A stretch of 64,000 nt of DNA from Tubulanus polymorphus (lineage: Eukaryota; Animalia; Nemertea), in assembly GCF_964204645.1 (NCBI RefSeq), contig NC_134026.1, positions 22,354,150 through 22,418,149 of the forward strand, in the 5' to 3' direction. How positions within the stretch are numbered: the stretch's first letter is position 1; the number at the start of each line of letters is the position of its first letter. Shown in pieces: positions 59,249-64,000 of this stretch. The notes beneath the pieces are model-generated. The model was not told the origin of the DNA, did no database searches, and saw only the letters and a program-made list of their open reading frames with translations. A program made the position numbers and the translations under genes.

Positions 59249-61196
59249 CTGCAATGAGAAACCGAACCACAAATTAGTAACGAGACACTGCACCGCCTCA
59301 AAGAAAGAGGATACGTTATCTATTAAAGCCTGACTAATGTGTTTTTCGCCATTCATTACTTTACAGAGAGAGAGGGAAGAGACAGAGTTACAACTGGTTT
59401 TACAATGCTGCGGAGTCAACAACTGACAATCAGAAAAACGTTCGCACACAAATTCTACGTTTCATACGATGCCATTGTTAAGAATTGATGAAATCGAAAA
59501 CAACTCTACGGAAATCGATTACATTTTCTTATTGGGATGAAATATAACCAGTTTGCTAAATCATTATGTCTCAAATTTAGGTTGTATTGCAGCAATTATC
59601 GTAGCTTCAGAAAACCTAGCGCGATCTATAAAATACAAAATATTGACGACAATATTGAAAATTCATATCGACCGATGACATCCAATGCAAAAGAGGTTTG
59701 TCGCAATAGAAAATGCTTGAAAATGATTTCATCGTAACTGATCTATCGTTTATTGTAAAAAACAAAAACAAAAAAAACCCACATTTCTTGATTGAGTGAC
59801 CCACGGTTCAGACGAACCAACCAACTAATTGGGTCCATAGAGAGGGATTCATTTTATGGATTAATGCTTTCACGCTGCGGTTATACGACTGTATCAGTTC
59901 AAAACAGCGAGGGAGAAAATTATCCAGCATACGGATCTATAGTCACACGACTAATGAATCGATATCAGAGAATAAACATGATGCGGGGCGCATAAAAAAA
60001 TTAAAGATTGGTTAATGAAGTGCTGCACAACTGAGTAGGTGAATTGAATATTGTTATGAATACACAACTCAACTCGATACTCAGACGTCATTATGCTATC
60101 GGCTGGAAATTTCATTACTTCAAGAGAACGTGTATGCAAAACATGTGTTTTCAACTAGATATGAAATCTATATAACTTGTCGAAACTACATAGATTTCAT
60201 ATTATCCAATTTCAAGGTATAAACAACTGTACTGAATAACTGTGTTAGGCCTGTATCTAGTTCGATTGAAATCGAGACAATTTTGAATGTCTCCATTTAC
60301 AGTTCTGTATGAAGGGCTGCCAACCTCTGAAGAGTGCCATATTGATAACAGGTTGAACATTGAAATATGAAGGAAATGTTCAAATTGATCAGTAACATCA
60401 TTTGAATACTTGTTCACATCAAATAAATTAAATCAGTATTTCTCAGAACAAATTGTAACAAAATACTGAAAATCAGAAGCGCTGCTTTTGAAATCTTTCA
60501 AGAATTGAATATTTCAAAATCACTTTCGAGTCAATGGAAGTTCCCTCAGAACCGGGTCCAAACTAGCGATAGTTAAGCATGGGGCAATGTGCAAGTTTTC
60601 TTCATTCATACCTTTAAAAAATGCAGATAACAATGGAATTGAAGCCATATGGGATCGGACGATATCAAGCCGGGGCTATCTTCCTATCAAAACAGTTGTT
60701 GGCATGTACAGTTAAAAAAGATATGGATCTCTGCTTCTTTTAATATCTAACATGCAACTTGCATTCAGTGGCTAGTGTACCCGCCGATGTTGGGAGTTCA
60801 GCTATATTCATAATATCATCTCGGGTATAAAAACAGTCAATACGCTACACAGCCGCTTTCAGACACAAATAATCGAGTTTATCGGCAGAACGCAGTCGTA
60901 GTGCTTGTTTTTAGACAATAGCTGTCACTTATTCCACCATCTACCAACCGATAATTCTGACTTGTAGAGAACCTGCTGAACTTTATCGCATAACAACGAC
61001 GACGATGACGGCAGAGTGGCGCGTATTCAAGCCTTACCTGGCAATAAGAGAGGAATTAATGTACAGTCTCGATCGATAAGCACCACTCAATAGAAAACCA
61101 CATTAAGCGACCAAACACAATTTAACAGGATTTGGTAAGAGAGAGAGGGCCGGACTTGCATAACACATGACCAGCAAGTTATAACTTGAAATACTA

Positions 61197-61472
61197 CCCC
61201 AATCAGTCACTTGCGGGATCAGAGTGGTTGGAAGATTGTTTGAATTAACAGGAACCAAATTTTCCAATCATGTACTTCGATTAAAACAAAAATTTTAAAT
61301 TCGACCACCGATCACATAACCTATATCTGTACTTCGATTTCGGATTTCAAAATCAAACCCCCGGTTTCGCTACCGGCAGGTGTGGTTGATTTGTAAGGGA
61401 GACCAAATCAAACCAAAACTTCAAATCAAATAAATAACAGGGTCAATCCCAATATTCAGATTAAAAAAACTA
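61197..61472 (+). repeat. Interspersed repeat, copy 2
   Basis: Homologous to 11948-12235. Confidence 0.8.
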
Positions 61473-62481
61473 GAAATATTAGTATTTTCCCCTTAAGATA
61501 ACTACCATGAAATACCATGAAGAAGTAGTAGTGAAAACAGAAAAGATTGTCTCCTTCGGGGCGATAGGAAAACACCAATAAAACCTATTATACCGCAGAC
61601 AATCAATTTTCGATTCCCTCAAGTAAACGCATTAAGGCCTGATAAATCAGGGTTTCTCGTAACAAAAATCGACCAAAGCACAGATGCGTAGAGATATACG
61701 CGAACCTAAAAGAGCCGAGCGAATGCGCCTTAATCGCATCGCCGACGGAAACTCGTTCGAAAGATTTAAAGGCATCTGAGGATGTACTCGTGTTTGGCGA
61801 CAGTCGAATGACCAGCAGCGCTAATGGTTATAGTCGACGACATCCATTTATCGTTGGCGGCTTAACAAATTGCTGGCCCAATTTTGGACAAACTCGTTTA
61901 AATTAGATTTCAGGGAATATAAATAGTTGCGACTATAATTTCCAGTCGGTCGTGAATGTCATTGAGCATTTTTTCTCCTCAGTAGAAACTTTTGAGTCTG
62001 ATTTTGTCATATCCTCTGTTATGCGTTCAAGAGGTTCCTGTGTAGTTTAACAACCCCTTATTATATTGTAACAATCTCATTTTCAAATAAACTCTGACGA
62101 TGGGTGCAAATATTCCACCTGTACTAACAGTAGCAACAGGAATGTAAGGAAAGAAACCATAGCAGTTGTTTTAGACTCAATAATGTGGGTTTCCACACAC
62201 ACAGGAATGTTGGATGGCGCATATCCTCTTATTTTTGTTAGTCAACTGAAAACACTTGTCCACAATGATATCTAAAAGAAAGAGAAAAGGGAGAGAGTGA
62301 AAATGTATGGCTATAGCCAGGCCTTACCTTAAAAGAAATCAAAAGACAAAACCTAGTCCTACCCTAGATGCCTTGAAGTAGGCTATCGCAATTTCTTCGA
62401 TCAGACGCCTTTCCAATATGATTGAAACAGTACCAATTTTAAAACACTTTTAGAATTACACAGCCTAAACTTAGCAACTAA

Positions 62482-62891
62482 AGGTGGGCGTAGGTCGGCC
62501 TTGCGACTCACTGTGACGCGACTCACTGCGACCGCCAGCGACGATCGCGTCGCAACGACCAACCGACCTACGCTACCTTGCGACTGCCAGCGACGCCGGT
62601 CGCAATGAGTCGCACCTGTTCTACTTTCTGCGATGCGATGAGACCATCAGCGACGATCGCGTCGCAACGACCAACCGACCTACGCTACCTTGCGACTGCC
62701 AGCGACGCCGGTCGCAATGAGTCGCACCTGTTCTACTTTCTGCGATGCGATGAGACCATCGCAACCGATCTACGCGCTCTTGCGACTGGGAGCAACTAGT
62801 CGCACACAATCGCGTCGCAACCGACTTACGCCTCCACTTGTGACGCAACGCGACGATCGCGTTGCATCGCAAGGTCGACCTAAGCCCGGCT
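62482..62891. mobile_element. GC-rich Harbinger-like MITE with an internal 112-bp tandem duplication
   Basis: TIRs AGGTGGGCGTAGGTCGGCCTTGCGA / TCGCAAGGTCGACCTAAGCCCGGCT (4 mismatches in 25), TAA TSD (62479-62481 and 62892-62894). 62536-62647 is repeated exactly at 62648-62759. Confidence 0.85.
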
Positions 62892-64000
62892 TAAGGCCTC
62901 AAAATTGGGCTCCAGGTCTCTCTTTTATCTAAGGATAACATACAACGTCTTGACATCTCGAGTTTTACAATTGAAATCTGCTGCAACAAAGCGTCTCAGC
63001 AACAACAGTAGCCGCAAATATCATGGTTTTCAGATATGACTGACTATCTGACAATGATATCTAGCATCCTTACACATCACAGCCGATGCTATATGCACTG
63101 CGTATATGAAAAAACTATTTCAATGTTATTTCATGCATGCTTACTCCGGCGGCCACTGGAGAACTGAGAATGTTTCGATTACCGGCGCATTATTGACTGT
63201 CACAAAATTCCTTTGAGTAAGTAATAACATATAACACCTTTATTAACAAGATATATATAATGTATATACCGAGATTGTATGGAAGAGAAGATATGATACA
63301 CCGAATAAGATTTCCTCTCGCTCTCAGTTAGCTGGGGCGCATCATGCATACCGACAACATTTCCAATAAATCAGAAGGAAATCATCCAGTTCAATAGATT
63401 CACATATGCTCGCCTTCGGAAGCAAGCTGCCCATAGCACTATTTGCGGAGTTTTATGGAAAACCTAAGCGAGTTATGGCTAAACCCAATCATTCCGGATA
63501 ATTTGGGCCAAATGAAATCAATCCCGGTTTATGAAATCAAAAATTGCGTTAAATAAGTTGACTGCAAATAGGGCCAATTAAATAGATTTTATCAAAATCT
63601 GGAAGAAAGCAAGTTATATAATAACAGGGTTTCCGTGATGGTGAAAAGAAAAAATAATGTCCATTAGTTATTATCGGGGAAAAATTGTACAAGCCTGTAT
63701 CTATATCAAGACAAACACCGCAGGCGTGAAGCCCAAAGGGCGAGTTATGAGGATTTTTTGGAGCAATCATTAGTGCATTCTTATGTTATCAGAGTAGTGC
63801 CTGTCACATGAGCTTCATTCACTCATTGAAGTAAAAGTAACACTCACAGAGACTTACTTCAATACTTACTTTAGTTACTATGATTTTTTAGAGAGAACAG
63901 AAAGAACACAGTTTCATTGGCTAACATGTAGGACTATACCATTATGGAAATAGGGTAGGCCTATATAGGAATGTCATGACCCTGTCCGGGCGATTACACT

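Noticed and set aside
59249-59270. ORF-track start MVRFLIA for the 197-aa ORF
   Set aside because: It uses a non-ATG codon inside the intronic pyrimidine tract; the exon starts at the AG acceptor (59248).
62536-62760. Possible CRISPR-like array
   Set aside because: Two identical units with no unique spacers, inside a eukaryotic MITE.

Overview
AT-rich eukaryotic (invertebrate animal-like, CpG not visibly depleted) genomic DNA lying almost entirely inside one minus-strand gene, an MPDZ/PATJ-family multi-PDZ scaffold. Four coding exons splice in frame with canonical AG/GTAAGT sites (59248-58681, 15336-15126, 1406-1272, 620-306) and encode L27-PDZ1-PDZ2. The start-codon exon was not found, and the rest of the gene lies downstream, beyond position 1. 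The introns are 43,344, 13,719 and 651 bp, and almost all other ORF-track entries are non-coding intronic noise. The introns contain several MITE-like elements (Harbinger/Tourist-like, piggyBac-like, foldback) and two complex local duplications. The most notable structures are: (i) a 262-bp palindrome centred on (TA)49 at the breakpoint of an apparently identical 2,203-bp tandem duplication that also holds a templated 175-bp insertion; (ii) a series of ATG-initiated, phase-2 donor-terminated segments, YAG|GT ratchet-like sites and a 39-nt poison-type microexon inside the 43-kb intron that splits PDZ1. The splicing items are hypotheses that need RNA data.
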